From: Bacteroidia bacterium | GTDB taxonomy: Bacteria; Bacteroidota; Bacteroidia; M30B66 | Direction of reading: 5' to 3' | Assembly: GCA_965279035.1 (NCBI GenBank) | Contig: OZ257142.1 | Coordinates: 1,568,001-1,632,000 of the forward strand | DNA: 64,000 nt | Position numbers and translations under genes: made by a program | Shown: positions 1-9,695 of the stretch, in pieces | Numbering within the stretch: position 1 is the first letter of the stretch | How the letters are laid out: the number at the start of each line of letters is the position of its first letter | Notes under the pieces: generated by a model | Databases searched by the model: none | Told to the model about the DNA's origin: nothing | Seen by the model: only the letters and a program-made list of their open reading frames with translations

Positions 1-1134
1 ATAAATATAGTATCCTGCTGCAACTTCTGAACCGTTCGAATTTTTTCCATTCCATGAAACTACTGAAGGTGGATTGTGAAATGACTTCTCCCATATTAAG
101 GCACCATCATCTGTCTCGGATATTCTTATTTTAACATATTCTACATTCTCTAAATTAAAAAAAGTTAATGGTGCTATAGATGTATGCTGATTATTAACTG
201 TGATCAAACCTGGTTGGCCTATATCTCTCATACATGATAAATCATACCTTTTTTGACAGAGTCTGTAAACTTTTATATTATCAACAAGTGCCATTCTATG
301 ACCAAATACTAAATCGGGACCACTAATTCTTATATGTAAATAAGTTTCATCACTGGCTTCATCAACCTCAAATATTTGTGTAAAGTGAGTCCATTCTGAT
401 TGACTGTTTGGATCATTTTCTAAATTTAATTCATGATCGTAATTCCCTAATTGGTCTGTTAAATTATGAGACCAGTCTCCATCTGGAGTAAAACGGACTT
501 TTAATTGTGTAGACTTATTTCTCATTCTAGCCGCATCACACTCAAATATATAATATTGGCAAGGTGCAATTGGCTCAGTTAATTTTACTATTATTTGATC
601 TCTTCGATCCACCGCTGCAGATCTTAATCCAACATAATTATTATTTACCTGATTAGGCAACTGCATTGGGATCTTATAACCAAATGAATTATTAGGAACG
701 CCAAAGTCGGCTGGACAACCATTTGCATCTACTTCATCGCACCCTGGCTGAAATGTACATTCTGCTCCCATAGTATTCCAATATTCCGCATCATGAATCA
801 TAACGTTTGTGGAATTAGGATATGCTATACTTACAGTTGAAGAAAAAAGAGTTGCAGTACCAGCATTAGTCCCACCTGTATTTTCAGTTTGCATTTCAGA
901 ATACCAAGGTCCGCACCAGAACGCTAGCCATTTTTTAAAAATATAATCTGGGTTATACGCCAAATAACCCGTTGGCCGGATTCCAATTTCGTCAGAACAA
1001 CATTCATTTGTGCAGTTAGTAGGAGGAGCCCAATATTCAGCACATTCAAAATTAGGGCATGGGACAATATTATAACTCTGGCTTCGCAATTGAAAACTTA
1101 TCAATATGAGAAGTATAAAAGCAAGATTTCTCAT
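1..1134 (-). CDS. Secreted Cys-rich protein, probable T9SS cargo with FlgD-Ig/CTD-like segment (partial, runs off window start)
   Basis: Not in ORF track. Manual translation from ATG 1134: MRNLAFILLILISFQLRSQSYNIVPCPNFE... open to base 1, ending ...SWNGKNSNGSEVAAGYYIY; signal peptide ends before Gln. Confidence 0.7.
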   Translation of the reverse strand, partial: MRNLAFILLILISFQLRSQSYNIVPCPNFECAEYWAPPTNCTNECCSDEIGIRPTGYLAYNPDYIFKKWLAFWCGPWYSEMQTENTGGTNAGTATLFSSTVSIAYPNSTNVMIHDAEYWNTMGAECTFQPGCDEVDANGCPADFGVPNNSFGYKIPMQLPNQVNNNYVGLRSAAVDRRDQIIVKLTEPIAPCQYYIFECDAARMRNKSTQLKVRFTPDGDWSHNLTDQLGNYDHELNLENDPNSQSEWTHFTQIFEVDEASDETYLHIRISGPDLVFGHRMALVDNIKVYRLCQKRYDLSCMRDIGQPGLITVNNQHTSIAPLTFFNLENVEYVKIRISETDDGALIWEKSFHNPPSVVSWNGKNSNGSEVAAGYYIY

Positions 1135-1146
1135 TTCAATATTTTT

Positions 1147-3360
1147 TTACTTATTTTTTATTTGTAATTCCAATTCATTAATTCGTTTCTCCAATTCGAT
1201 TATGTACAGAAAAAGTTCCTCTGTTTTCTCAACATTAGTAAGTTGAACTTGTTCTAAATCAAAACCACCATTTTGCTTTACCTCATTTACACTTGGCATT
1301 CCTGGTAAGTGCTTGTTCTTCTTAATATATGCTTCAATTTCATTTAATTTCATTAGTTTATAAGATTCTTCAAAAACATAATCTGGAAAATTAAAAGAAG
1401 TAACTTTAAATTTTCGAGCTGATATCATCCCATAAACCTTGAGTTTAGAAGTGTTTAGTTGAATGTCATCAGAAGGATTTCCAATTTCTGTTCTCCCATC
1501 CCCCCATACCATAAACGCTGGATTTGTTCCATTACTTTGATCAATTGTAAAAGCTTTTGTATTATTATTACTCACATTTACAACTAATGCATAACCATAC
1601 TGTTCGACATCTTGATCATTTAAAGTTAATGTTGTTTTATCCTTCGTTTGAATTGTCGTTTCTCCACCAAAAAAAGAACGCCCTCTAAGATTTAAAGATA
1701 TTGGCCAATTTTCAGTTTCGTTGTTAGGAACTACTCCTCTTAAAGATAGAATACCATTTACATGTAAAGCATCAGTATTTGTTTCTTCGAAGTTTCCTCC
1801 AATTTGAAGTGATCCAGTAAAACTTGTTCCATTCACATGCAAATTAGTTTGAGGAGCATCCGTCCCAATTCCAACAAAAGGTTTACAAGTTTCTATTCCT
1901 GCATAGAGAATTGCTGGATTTCCTGCTACTGAAATCCAAGAAGATAAAAATTCTTCTGTTTGTGTTAATCGACAAGCTCTCTGGACTGGTAGTATTGCAG
2001 TTGGCAATCCTGTTATCTTATATAAACTGCCATCATCGCCCATAACCAAATACTTAAATGTATTTTCTTGTTCTTCTGTTAAGATTGGAAGATCGGGTAA
2101 ATTTGAAAGAATTACTTGTTGATTTAGGCGAACAGAGCCATTTACATCTAATTTATAGTTTGGATTTGAAATGCCAATGCCCATATTTCCAGAAGCAGCC
2201 AATCGCATGGCTTCTTGCAAATTTGTTTTAAATACCACATCCGTTTCATCATTGGTTCCTATATACTGAGTTTCAGGATTGGTACCTGAATTTCCTCCCA
2301 TGGTCCAATCGTCGCGCTCAGGAGCATTGAGTGTGATGTCTGCTGAAGTAGCACAATTTCGACCATCGGTAACGGTAATAGTATAAGTTCCTGCGCCTAA
2401 ACCACTGAGTGTGGAGCTTGTTGCACCTGTATTCCATGCATAGGTATAGGGGGCATTTTCTTGATTAGAAAGGACGGTTTCTATTTGTCCGTTATAGCAA
2501 TTATAGCAAGACACTTCATAGCCATTTGCATATGAACTTGTTTGAAGGTTGAATTTAGGTTTCTCATAGTTTAGAATTTCAAATACAGGACGTATTTCAC
2601 CTCCACTTGCATCAACAATGAAAACATGTTGCTCTCCTGCGTTTAAATAGTGCGCTGTATCGCTTGAGTTTCCATTTTCCCATTTTATTTTATAAGGTGG
2701 CGCTCCACCAGCAATGGTCACGGTTGCCGATGCAGGCTGATCTTCTCCACATTCAATATGACTGAGGATATTTACACTAGCTGAAAGGACTGGTGGTGCC
2801 GATAATTGAACACTCCCTTGCTTGATACACCCCGATTCATCAGTAATTGTATAGGAATAAGTTCCTGAAGATAAAGCGCTTATTTCACGTGTTGTAGCAC
2901 CTGTATTCCATTGAACTTGATAGGCGCCTGATCCTCCATTGGCACTTAATAGAACTAAACCATCTGTTGCTGCATTACTGCTTAATTGATAGGAGCCAAA
3001 CTGTTGAATTGTGAGTTGTGGTTCAATCTCGGCAGGTTCATATATAGTTATGCTTTGTGTTAAACTCATGGCTGGAACAGAGGCATCAGTCACCGTTAAA
3101 CTATAAGTTCCAGCATGTAGATTATTGATTTTTGCATCGTGTGTTCCATCGCTCCAAGTAAATACATAAGGCTGAGTTCCTCCACTTACTTGGCTATTAA
3201 TAAAACCATCGCTGCTTCCATGGCAACTAATATTATATCCTCCACTATAAAAGCGTGGAACCAATTGTATATTCAAAGGTCCTTGTGCACATACCGCCGA
3301 AAATGGTAGTATAAAAAGAAGAATTAATTTCCAATGGGGGGGGGGATTTTATCTTTTCAT
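1147..3360 (-). CDS. SprB-repeat surface protein with C-terminal tail-fibre/S74-chaperone-like region; N-terminus interrupted by TAA
   Basis: SprB repeats (SGGTQPYVFTWS, GTYTITVTDGRNC); GIGxxxP repeats; C-terminal PDYVFE...KHLPGMPS...EKTEELFLYII. Track ORF is 1147..3276; in-frame ATG 3360 reads MKR*NPPPHWKLILLFILPFSAVCAQG. Confidence 0.75.
3336..3345. repeat. G10/C10 homopolymer in the signal-peptide-coding region
   Basis: ccaat-GGGGGGGGGG-atttt in an AT-rich context. Confidence 0.9.
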
Positions 3361-3456
3361 GATTCTATAAAATAGTAGAACGAACCTAAATCATAAAAAT
3401 GAAAATCAATAGGGTTGTTTAACGGTTTGGGGAAGGGCTGTTTGCACGGGAAAATT

Positions 3457-3491
3457 AATTACGAATGTTCAATTACGAATTACGAATTAAT
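3457..3491. repeat. Heptamer tandem repeat (AATTACG)n
   Basis: In-register units AATTACG, AATGTTC, AATTACG, AATTACG, AATTAAT. Confidence 0.7.
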
Positions 3492-3512
3492 TTGGTTGAT
3501 AGAAACAACTAA

Positions 3513-3606
3513 GCGGCAAGGATAGCAGCGTAAAACCCGCAGTGCCAACCGCAGCTTTAGCGGAGGTTGGTGCGAGGATTTGACGCGAATAGCCTGCCCG
3601 CCGCCC
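3513..3606. ncRNA. GC-rich long hairpin; Flavo-1-like Bacteroidota intergenic motif/repeat
   Basis: Nested pairings GCGGC/GCCGC, GCGT/ACGC, GCCAACC/GGTTGGT; GCGnnAAGGATAGCAGCG...GAATAGCCTGCCC pattern resembles Flavo-1 from memory, unverified. Confidence 0.5.
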
Positions 3607-3616
3607 AAATAAAATT

Positions 3617-5131
3617 CTAATTCTTCTCCACACATTTCCAAGCTTCTGGAAGCATATGGATGAGATCGCTTGCCTGCATGGCGGTGTATCCCATGTATTC
3701 TTGCGCCATGTCGCCGGCTAGTCCGTGAATGAAAACGCCTGCACGTGCTGCCTCAATTGGTGATAATCCACGGGCGAGTAAAGCAGTTATGATTCCGCTG
3801 AGCACATCGCCGCTGCCGCCCTTTGCCATACCGGGATTTCCTGTGCTGTTGAAAAAGACATCGCCCGATGGACTGCACACTGCGGTAAATGCACCTTTGA
3901 GCACCACCACAGCACCTGTTTTACGACTTAGCTCACGTGCATTCGCTAAGCGATCGAAAGCATTGCTCACCTTTCCACAAAGTCGATCGAGTTCGCCGGG
4001 ATGTGGCGTTAATACTGTGTCTTTCTGTAAAAAGGCTAACCAAGTTGGGTTTTCGGCAAGCAGATTTAAGCCATCGGCATCAATCAATAAAGGAGCTTGT
4101 GTTGTTTGAATGAGGTTCTTTAAGACTCGAGCTGTGTCTTCATGTTTGCCAGCACCGGGACCAAACCCAATGGCATCGAACGCTTCCGGGTTGAATGATC
4201 CGCTGAGATGCGCATTTTCTTCGGATGTAAACACCATAGCTTCGGGCAATGCTGTTTGTAAAATCGAATAGGCTTCGCCCGGAATATACACACTGCATAA
4301 TCCTACACCGCTACGTAGACAAGCTTTAGCGGCTAAAATAATCGCCCCCGTTTTTCCATGTGATGCACCTGCAATTAGGGCATGTCCGTTTGTGCCTTTA
4401 TGTGCAAATAGGCGAGGAGCTTCGAATAAATTTTCGATATCGGGTAAGAGCGTGTATTCGAAATGGGAAAATGGATCTTTCTGGAATGTTTCATCGTTAG
4501 GCATTTCCAATCCAATATCCAAGACATGCCAAGTACCCGTATAATTATCAGAACCTGGAAGTAAATACATTAAGCGTGGGGCGTGAAAACAAAGCGTATG
4601 CTGCGCTCGAATAGCTACAGCTTTGTCAGGCATAGGTGAATCGGTAAAAAAGCCGCTCGGAGCATCTATAGCAATTTTGATGGCTTGAATCGCATTGATT
4701 TCATCTACCAAACGTGCAATGGAATGTTCTAATGGACGATCGAGTCCCGTTCCGAATAAGGCATCGATAATGACCGTTTCGTTTTGAATTTGCTGAATTG
4801 ACTCTGCATTTAATTCATACGTAATTCCTCCTTCTCTGCAATATCGCTCTTTGTTTATTTGGTTATCGGAACTTATTTTTTCGCTCGGAAGAACAAATGC
4901 AAGCACCTTGTTATTGGATTTAAGAAGGAGTCGCGCGATCACAAATCCATCACCTCCGTTGTTACCCGGACCGATGAGAATGGCAAAGGAAGAATTGGGT
5001 TGAATGTGTTTCGTAATCCAATCGTAGCAAGCTGTTGCGGCTCGTTCCATAAGATCGGTAGAGCTGATCTTTTGTTGTTGAATGGTCCATTGATCGCAAG
5101 CACGAATTTGAGCGGTGGAAAGAATTTTCAT
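3617..5131 (-). CDS. nnr: Bifunctional NAD(P)H-hydrate epimerase/dehydratase (YjeF)
   Basis: GPGNNGGDG, DALFGTG, HKGTNG, TPHPGE, KGGSGDVLSG motifs. Confidence 0.95.
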   Translation of the reverse strand: MKILSTAQIRACDQWTIQQQKISSTDLMERAATACYDWITKHIQPNSSFAILIGPGNNGGDGFVIARLLLKSNNKVLAFVLPSEKISSDNQINKERYCREGGITYELNAESIQQIQNETVIIDALFGTGLDRPLEHSIARLVDEINAIQAIKIAIDAPSGFFTDSPMPDKAVAIRAQHTLCFHAPRLMYLLPGSDNYTGTWHVLDIGLEMPNDETFQKDPFSHFEYTLLPDIENLFEAPRLFAHKGTNGHALIAGASHGKTGAIILAAKACLRSGVGLCSVYIPGEAYSILQTALPEAMVFTSEENAHLSGSFNPEAFDAIGFGPGAGKHEDTARVLKNLIQTTQAPLLIDADGLNLLAENPTWLAFLQKDTVLTPHPGELDRLCGKVSNAFDRLANARELSRKTGAVVVLKGAFTAVCSPSGDVFFNSTGNPGMAKGGSGDVLSGIITALLARGLSPIEAARAGVFIHGLAGDMAQEYMGYTAMQASDLIHMLPEAWKCVEKN

Positions 5132-5184
5132 AGCACAAAGATGGAATATTCGATGAGTTGAATATTTATAGAATTATGCAATCG

Positions 5185-5436
5185 ATGTGAAGTTGAAAAT
5201 TAGATTTTTCATGTCAATTAATCAATTAAAGTTGTTGAAACATCAGATTTATGAATCATTCAAGTTTGTCTGCGACGCCATACTTTCTTGTCTTGACACA
5301 AGAAAGTATGCAAAGAAGGTCAAGTCTGGACGATGCTTCAGCGCGCAATGCCTTTTTTCGCCCGATGTACTTGTAGCAAAATATTTCTAAGAAATGGCGA
5401 AACGCTGCCTCGCCGCCCAGACGGGCCTGCGCACTA
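5185..5436 (-). ncRNA. Dispersed structured non-coding element, copy 1
   Basis: Homologous to 51781-52040 in inverted orientation; hairpin 5281-5308, loop/5319-5324 pseudoknot, stems 5324-5335/5411-5422 and 5356-5362/5396-5402, with compensatory changes between copies. Confidence 0.7.
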
Positions 5437-5709
5437 GATACGTGTTTGCATCCATCTATATGAGTTAGATTCAATTTACTATATATCATTCAATTGTATT
5501 AGGAATTAATTTTCTTCAAAGACGAAAATCTGCTAAGCTGCCCATGCAAAGCCATCAAACAGTACCGTTTCTATACTTGATATTTTTATAATAAGTTAAT
5601 TTCTAAGTCTTTACTATCTTATTTTAATATGAGGTAAACAAAAAAATTGTTGATGGAGATTTCTTAATTTTTAGGGAATATTTTAATTTTTTAACTGTAC
5701 ATTTATTAT

Positions 5710-6306
5710 TTATGCCAGAATTTTCGTGTAGATTTCTATGACTTGTGGAATGAGTAAATGCTGATTATCGTTATGAATAATCCATTGTCCTAAGCGTACG
5801 ATTTCTTCTTGTGGCCATTGTTGATTCATGCGTGCTCGAACATCAATTTCCGACACTTGATTCCGCTTCATAACTCGTTGAATTCGAAGTTCATCGGGAG
5901 CTTCCACGACGATCACTCCATCGAGGTATTTTTCGAGATGATGTTCGAATAAAATGGCAGCTTCTTTTAATATGAACGCCGCTTTTTGTTGTTTGCACCA
6001 TTGTTCGAAATCATGAGCAACAGCGGGATGTATGATGGAATTGAGTGATTGAAGTGCTTCTGGATTTGAAAAAACAATGGAAGCTAAGGCAGGTCTATTT
6101 AATTGTCCATTTTCAAAAAAAACTGTTTCTCCAAATTGGGTGAAAATGGCTGTTTTAATATCGGGATCTGAATCGGTCAACAGTTTTCCACGCTCATCGG
6201 CATTGTAAACAGGAACATCGAGCAATTTAAAAATGCGCGCAACGGTTGTTTTTCCGCTACCAATTCCACCGGTTAACCCAATGCGTTTCATGTGGTGAAG
6301 GTACAA
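5710..6306 (-). CDS. coaE: Dephospho-CoA kinase
   Basis: IGLTGGIGSGKT, LNSIIHP, EAAILFE motifs; start possibly the internal Met of MKRIG. Confidence 0.95.
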   Translation of the reverse strand: MYLHHMKRIGLTGGIGSGKTTVARIFKLLDVPVYNADERGKLLTDSDPDIKTAIFTQFGETVFFENGQLNRPALASIVFSNPEALQSLNSIIHPAVAHDFEQWCKQQKAAFILKEAAILFEHHLEKYLDGVIVVEAPDELRIQRVMKRNQVSEIDVRARMNQQWPQEEIVRLGQWIIHNDNQHLLIPQVIEIYTKILA

Positions 6307-6335
6307 CGGAAATGGATTGAGTTGAAGAATGTATA

Positions 6336-7358
6336 TTGTTTCAGCTAGTATTCGTTTTATTGCTTTTATTTGTTTTTCAATTCATTTCTGTAGTGTCTGT
6401 TTCCAAACAATTTTACCGGAAAATTCTCGATTTAAGTTATCAATTCATTCCCGTTTCCTTTGCGGGGAAGGACCTGACGATTTTGTGTTTGCATGGAGTT
6501 GCTCCCAATAATGCTCCATTTAATAAGCGTCATTTATCAGTTAATCAATTCGAGCATCTCATTCGTTATGTTAGTTCACGTTTTCATTTAATTCATCCGA
6601 ACGAAATTAAGGAAATCAAACCGTCTTCGAATAGCAAGCCAGCCATGCTCATTACGTTTGATGATGGGTATTTGAATAATTTAAACTATGCTGCACCCAT
6701 TTTAAAAAAGTATGCTGCACCTGCTAGTTTTTTTGTCATTACCAACACCTTTCACGATCCCGAATACATTCAATATGCGGATGTGTGTGATTTTTTGAAT
6801 TTCAGTTCGAATCGTGAAATTCAACTAAAGGATCAGGTTTTTACGAAACAATTAGGCGTTTATAAATCCTCAAAAGGAGAAACACTTTTTCAATATTTAA
6901 AGCACCAAACAATCGGAAGAGATGCGCTAGTGAAATCATTGCAGGACGCGGATTTTAAGGAGAAATCAATTCCCTTTCTGGATTATTTACGTTTGATGAA
7001 TCCAGAGCAATGGCTTCAATTAGATTCGGATCCTTTGTTTGTCATTGGATCGCATACACATTCGCATTATAATTTGGATTTAATTCCGGAGGAAATGGCT
7101 GAAAATGAATTACGTATTTCGAAAGATATTTTAGGAAATGTGCTTCAAAAAAGCATACATTCTATTGCCTATCCAGATGGAGCTTATTCTCAATATGTGA
7201 AAGAAACTTCCTTGGAAGCAGGATATAATGTGCTCTTTGCTGTTGATTATCGTTTGCCTGATGATGAAGCTGATCCACTTATTTACAAACGATTTTCATA
7301 TAGCAATAGTACTACAGTTGGCTCAAATATGTTTCGACTTTTCTTTTCGAAATGGTAA
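6336..7358 (+). CDS. Polysaccharide deacetylase (NodB/CE4 family)
   Basis: TFDDGY, GSHTHSH, AYPDG motifs; start uncertain. Confidence 0.85.
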   Translation: MFQLVFVLLLLFVFQFISVVSVSKQFYRKILDLSYQFIPVSFAGKDLTILCLHGVAPNNAPFNKRHLSVNQFEHLIRYVSSRFHLIHPNEIKEIKPSSNSKPAMLITFDDGYLNNLNYAAPILKKYAAPASFFVITNTFHDPEYIQYADVCDFLNFSSNREIQLKDQVFTKQLGVYKSSKGETLFQYLKHQTIGRDALVKSLQDADFKEKSIPFLDYLRLMNPEQWLQLDSDPLFVIGSHTHSHYNLDLIPEEMAENELRISKDILGNVLQKSIHSIAYPDGAYSQYVKETSLEAGYNVLFAVDYRLPDDEADPLIYKRFSYSNSTTVGSNMFRLFFSKW

Positions 7359-8291
7359 TTAAAATGTATCCCAATCGAGTGATGTAAATCCAACTTGATT
7401 GACCTCGATTTTGGTTCCATTTAAATAACAAAAAGGCAAGGTGGATTTGATTTGAATTCCAGGATAATTTGTTAGCATTTCATTGATATAAATTGCCGGA
7501 GAAAGTTGGAATACAATCTTTCGTATTCCTAGGATAACACAGCGGTTTTGGAGTTTTTTTAAAATAGTAAATAATTCCGTTTGATTTACTTTTTCAATCT
7601 CTCCAATGAGCAAGCGGTGATCGAGTTTTATCCAAATATTTTTCCCTTCAATTTGAGTGATGAAACTACCTTCATACATTTTATAATTTCGGAATTGCTG
7701 ATTGCGTTTTAATCCAATTAAATGGGAATCAATAATAACATTGGATGAGCTAAAATTATAATTCGAAATAGGAAATAATCGTTTAATTAAATTCGTATAA
7801 ACGGAATGTATCCTTTTCGATTTACTCAATAAAGGCAATAGGGGCAAGGTGTTTATAGGAATTGTATATTCAATTAATTCTTCCTGATTGATCCAATCTA
7901 ATTTTTTAATAAATCCCGGAAGTGAGTTTTGATTGGGAAATCCAAAAATAAATTGGCAATCTTCTTTCAAAGCAAGATCAAAAGTCATTCGAGCCAAACG
8001 AGTAAATAATCCTTTGCCTTGGTATGAAGGATGCGTCATCGTATCGGCCGATTGGGCAGCTAAAATATCTTCCTTGTTTTGTAGGAGTTTACAAGCAAAA
8101 ACCGCATAAAATGCTATGGCTTCTTGCTTTTCGTTGTAAGCTATATGTGCCCAATAATTTCCTCCGAAAGCAGATGTATCGAACTTTTTTTTTAAGTAAT
8201 CGAGTGCAAATGTTTTCCCGAATGCCGCTTTGTATAAGGGAATGAGATGGGAAATTCGCTCTTTTGTTAAACGAATAATTTCGAAATCCAT
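7359..8291 (-). CDS. GNAT-family N-acetyltransferase
   Basis: DTMTHPSYQGKGLF acetyl-CoA motif, FGFPN. Confidence 0.85.
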   Translation of the reverse strand: MDFEIIRLTKERISHLIPLYKAAFGKTFALDYLKKKFDTSAFGGNYWAHIAYNEKQEAIAFYAVFACKLLQNKEDILAAQSADTMTHPSYQGKGLFTRLARMTFDLALKEDCQFIFGFPNQNSLPGFIKKLDWINQEELIEYTIPINTLPLLPLLSKSKRIHSVYTNLIKRLFPISNYNFSSSNVIIDSHLIGLKRNQQFRNYKMYEGSFITQIEGKNIWIKLDHRLLIGEIEKVNQTELFTILKKLQNRCVILGIRKIVFQLSPAIYINEMLTNYPGIQIKSTLPFCYLNGTKIEVNQVGFTSLDWDTF

Positions 8292-8371
8292 TTGCTAGCA
8301 ATTACAATCCGTGTCGAATATACGGTTTTGAATTCCTATTAAAATAATTCAACAGCAATTTAGAAATGGAT

Positions 8372-9352
8372 TTATTTCTTTCGAATGATGAATTCAACCG
8401 TTTCAGGTTCCATGCGAACACCATGAATAAACGGAGGAATATTACGCAGATACAAACGCAGATTTTGTGCTTTACTATTTCTCAAATCGAATGCATCGGC
8501 AGCAATACGAAATAGTTTGGGGTTGACTTTATTATAATCACGCAGTGAAACTAGATAGCGAACTTTAACCGTTTGTGGAAATATATCGAGACTATCACTG
8601 CTTAATAAATGATCAACATAAATGGGAACTTCCAATATTGATTCGGTGTATTTGTCAACATTTAAATGCACGCCTATTTCAAGCGGAGCATAGCTTAACT
8701 TTTCATTCGGTTTTTTAATTCGGATGTTATACGTTCCCGGTTTATTGAGATTATTCAGAACCAATGCTTCAGTTTCTATACGATGAATAGAATCTAAAAT
8801 TTCGATAGGACCATTAAGAGTTATGCTATCTGGACTGAGTTGAATGCTATCGCTTAAACTGAATTGCCGTTCGAAATTGAGGTATTTATTGAGGTGAACG
8901 GGTACTTTTTTGTAGCCACTGTGAAAGAAAGAGAAGTGAATGGTATCTGGCAAAATGTTAAGTGCCTTGATATCGCCATGTTCTCGATTGAAGAAGTCGA
9001 TACCTGGATACGTGGTAAGAAATGCTTCACCAGCCTTGGAAGCAGGGCTCATGCCAATTGATCGTCCATCCAAATAAACAGTAGCTAATTCGGGCTGAAG
9101 AATATAGGACAGTAATTGATAACCGGATCCACTCACTTGAACGTCGAGTTCCTTCGGAAGTTTATCCATCATGATGCGACTTTCGGGCATATTGATGTAG
9201 GTAACCGGAACGCGAATTCGAGTTGAATATGGACTATTGAAAGCAAGTAAAATCCAAAAGAGGGTGGATATCAGCAGGCAAATGCCAAACACCACTACCT
9301 TTCGGCGAATGATGACCGAACGCAGCACCGAGGTGGTTTTGCTCCGGGTCAT
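8372..9352 (-). CDS. YbbR/CdaR-like domain membrane protein
   Basis: N-terminal TM ending FW..LAF, repeated beta-rich YbbR-like domains, position after yajC. Confidence 0.8.
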   Translation of the reverse strand: MTRSKTTSVLRSVIIRRKVVVFGICLLISTLFWILLAFNSPYSTRIRVPVTYINMPESRIMMDKLPKELDVQVSGSGYQLLSYILQPELATVYLDGRSIGMSPASKAGEAFLTTYPGIDFFNREHGDIKALNILPDTIHFSFFHSGYKKVPVHLNKYLNFERQFSLSDSIQLSPDSITLNGPIEILDSIHRIETEALVLNNLNKPGTYNIRIKKPNEKLSYAPLEIGVHLNVDKYTESILEVPIYVDHLLSSDSLDIFPQTVKVRYLVSLRDYNKVNPKLFRIAADAFDLRNSKAQNLRLYLRNIPPFIHGVRMEPETVEFIIRKK

Positions 9353-9357
9353 GTTTG

Positions 9358-9672
9358 TTATTTGCCAGCTACAAGCTGATCCTGTGGACTATTGGAAACA
9401 GCCGATTTCTCAACACGAAACTTAGCACCGCTTTCAGCTTCAAGAATGAACGTTGTTTCATTTACTTCGGTAATTCGGCCATGAATGCCACCAATGGTGA
9501 CAACAGTGTCACCTTTTTTCAGGCTTTCGCGGAATTTTTTGGCATCTTTTGCTTTCTTCATCTGCGGACGAATCATGAAGAAATAAAATACGACAATGAT
9601 TAGAAGCATCGGTAAAATTGAACCGATTCCACTTTGACCTGGTGCGCCCATTAAGAGCAATGCGTTATACAT
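9358..9672 (-). CDS. yajC: Preprotein translocase subunit YajC
   Basis: [24 protein letters not shown]. Confidence 0.95.
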   Translation of the reverse strand: MYNALLLMGAPGQSGIGSILPMLLIIVVFYFFMIRPQMKKAKDAKKFRESLKKGDTVVTIGGIHGRITEVNETTFILEAESGAKFRVEKSAVSNSPQDQLVAGK

Positions 9673-9695
9673 ATTGGTTTGGATTGGATGCTAAA

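Noticed and set aside
1147-2300. Prophage tail-fibre gene
   Set aside because: Fused to SprB repeats with a signal-peptide remnant; no other phage genes nearby
3457-3606. Diversity-generating retroelement or retron near the repeats
   Set aside because: No reverse transcriptase and no TR/VR pair with adenine-specific mismatches seen in the window
5187-5489. ORFs 5187..5390 (+) and 5256..5489 (-)
   Set aside because: They overlie the structured repeat, have no protein motifs, and no equivalent ORF is listed at copy 2
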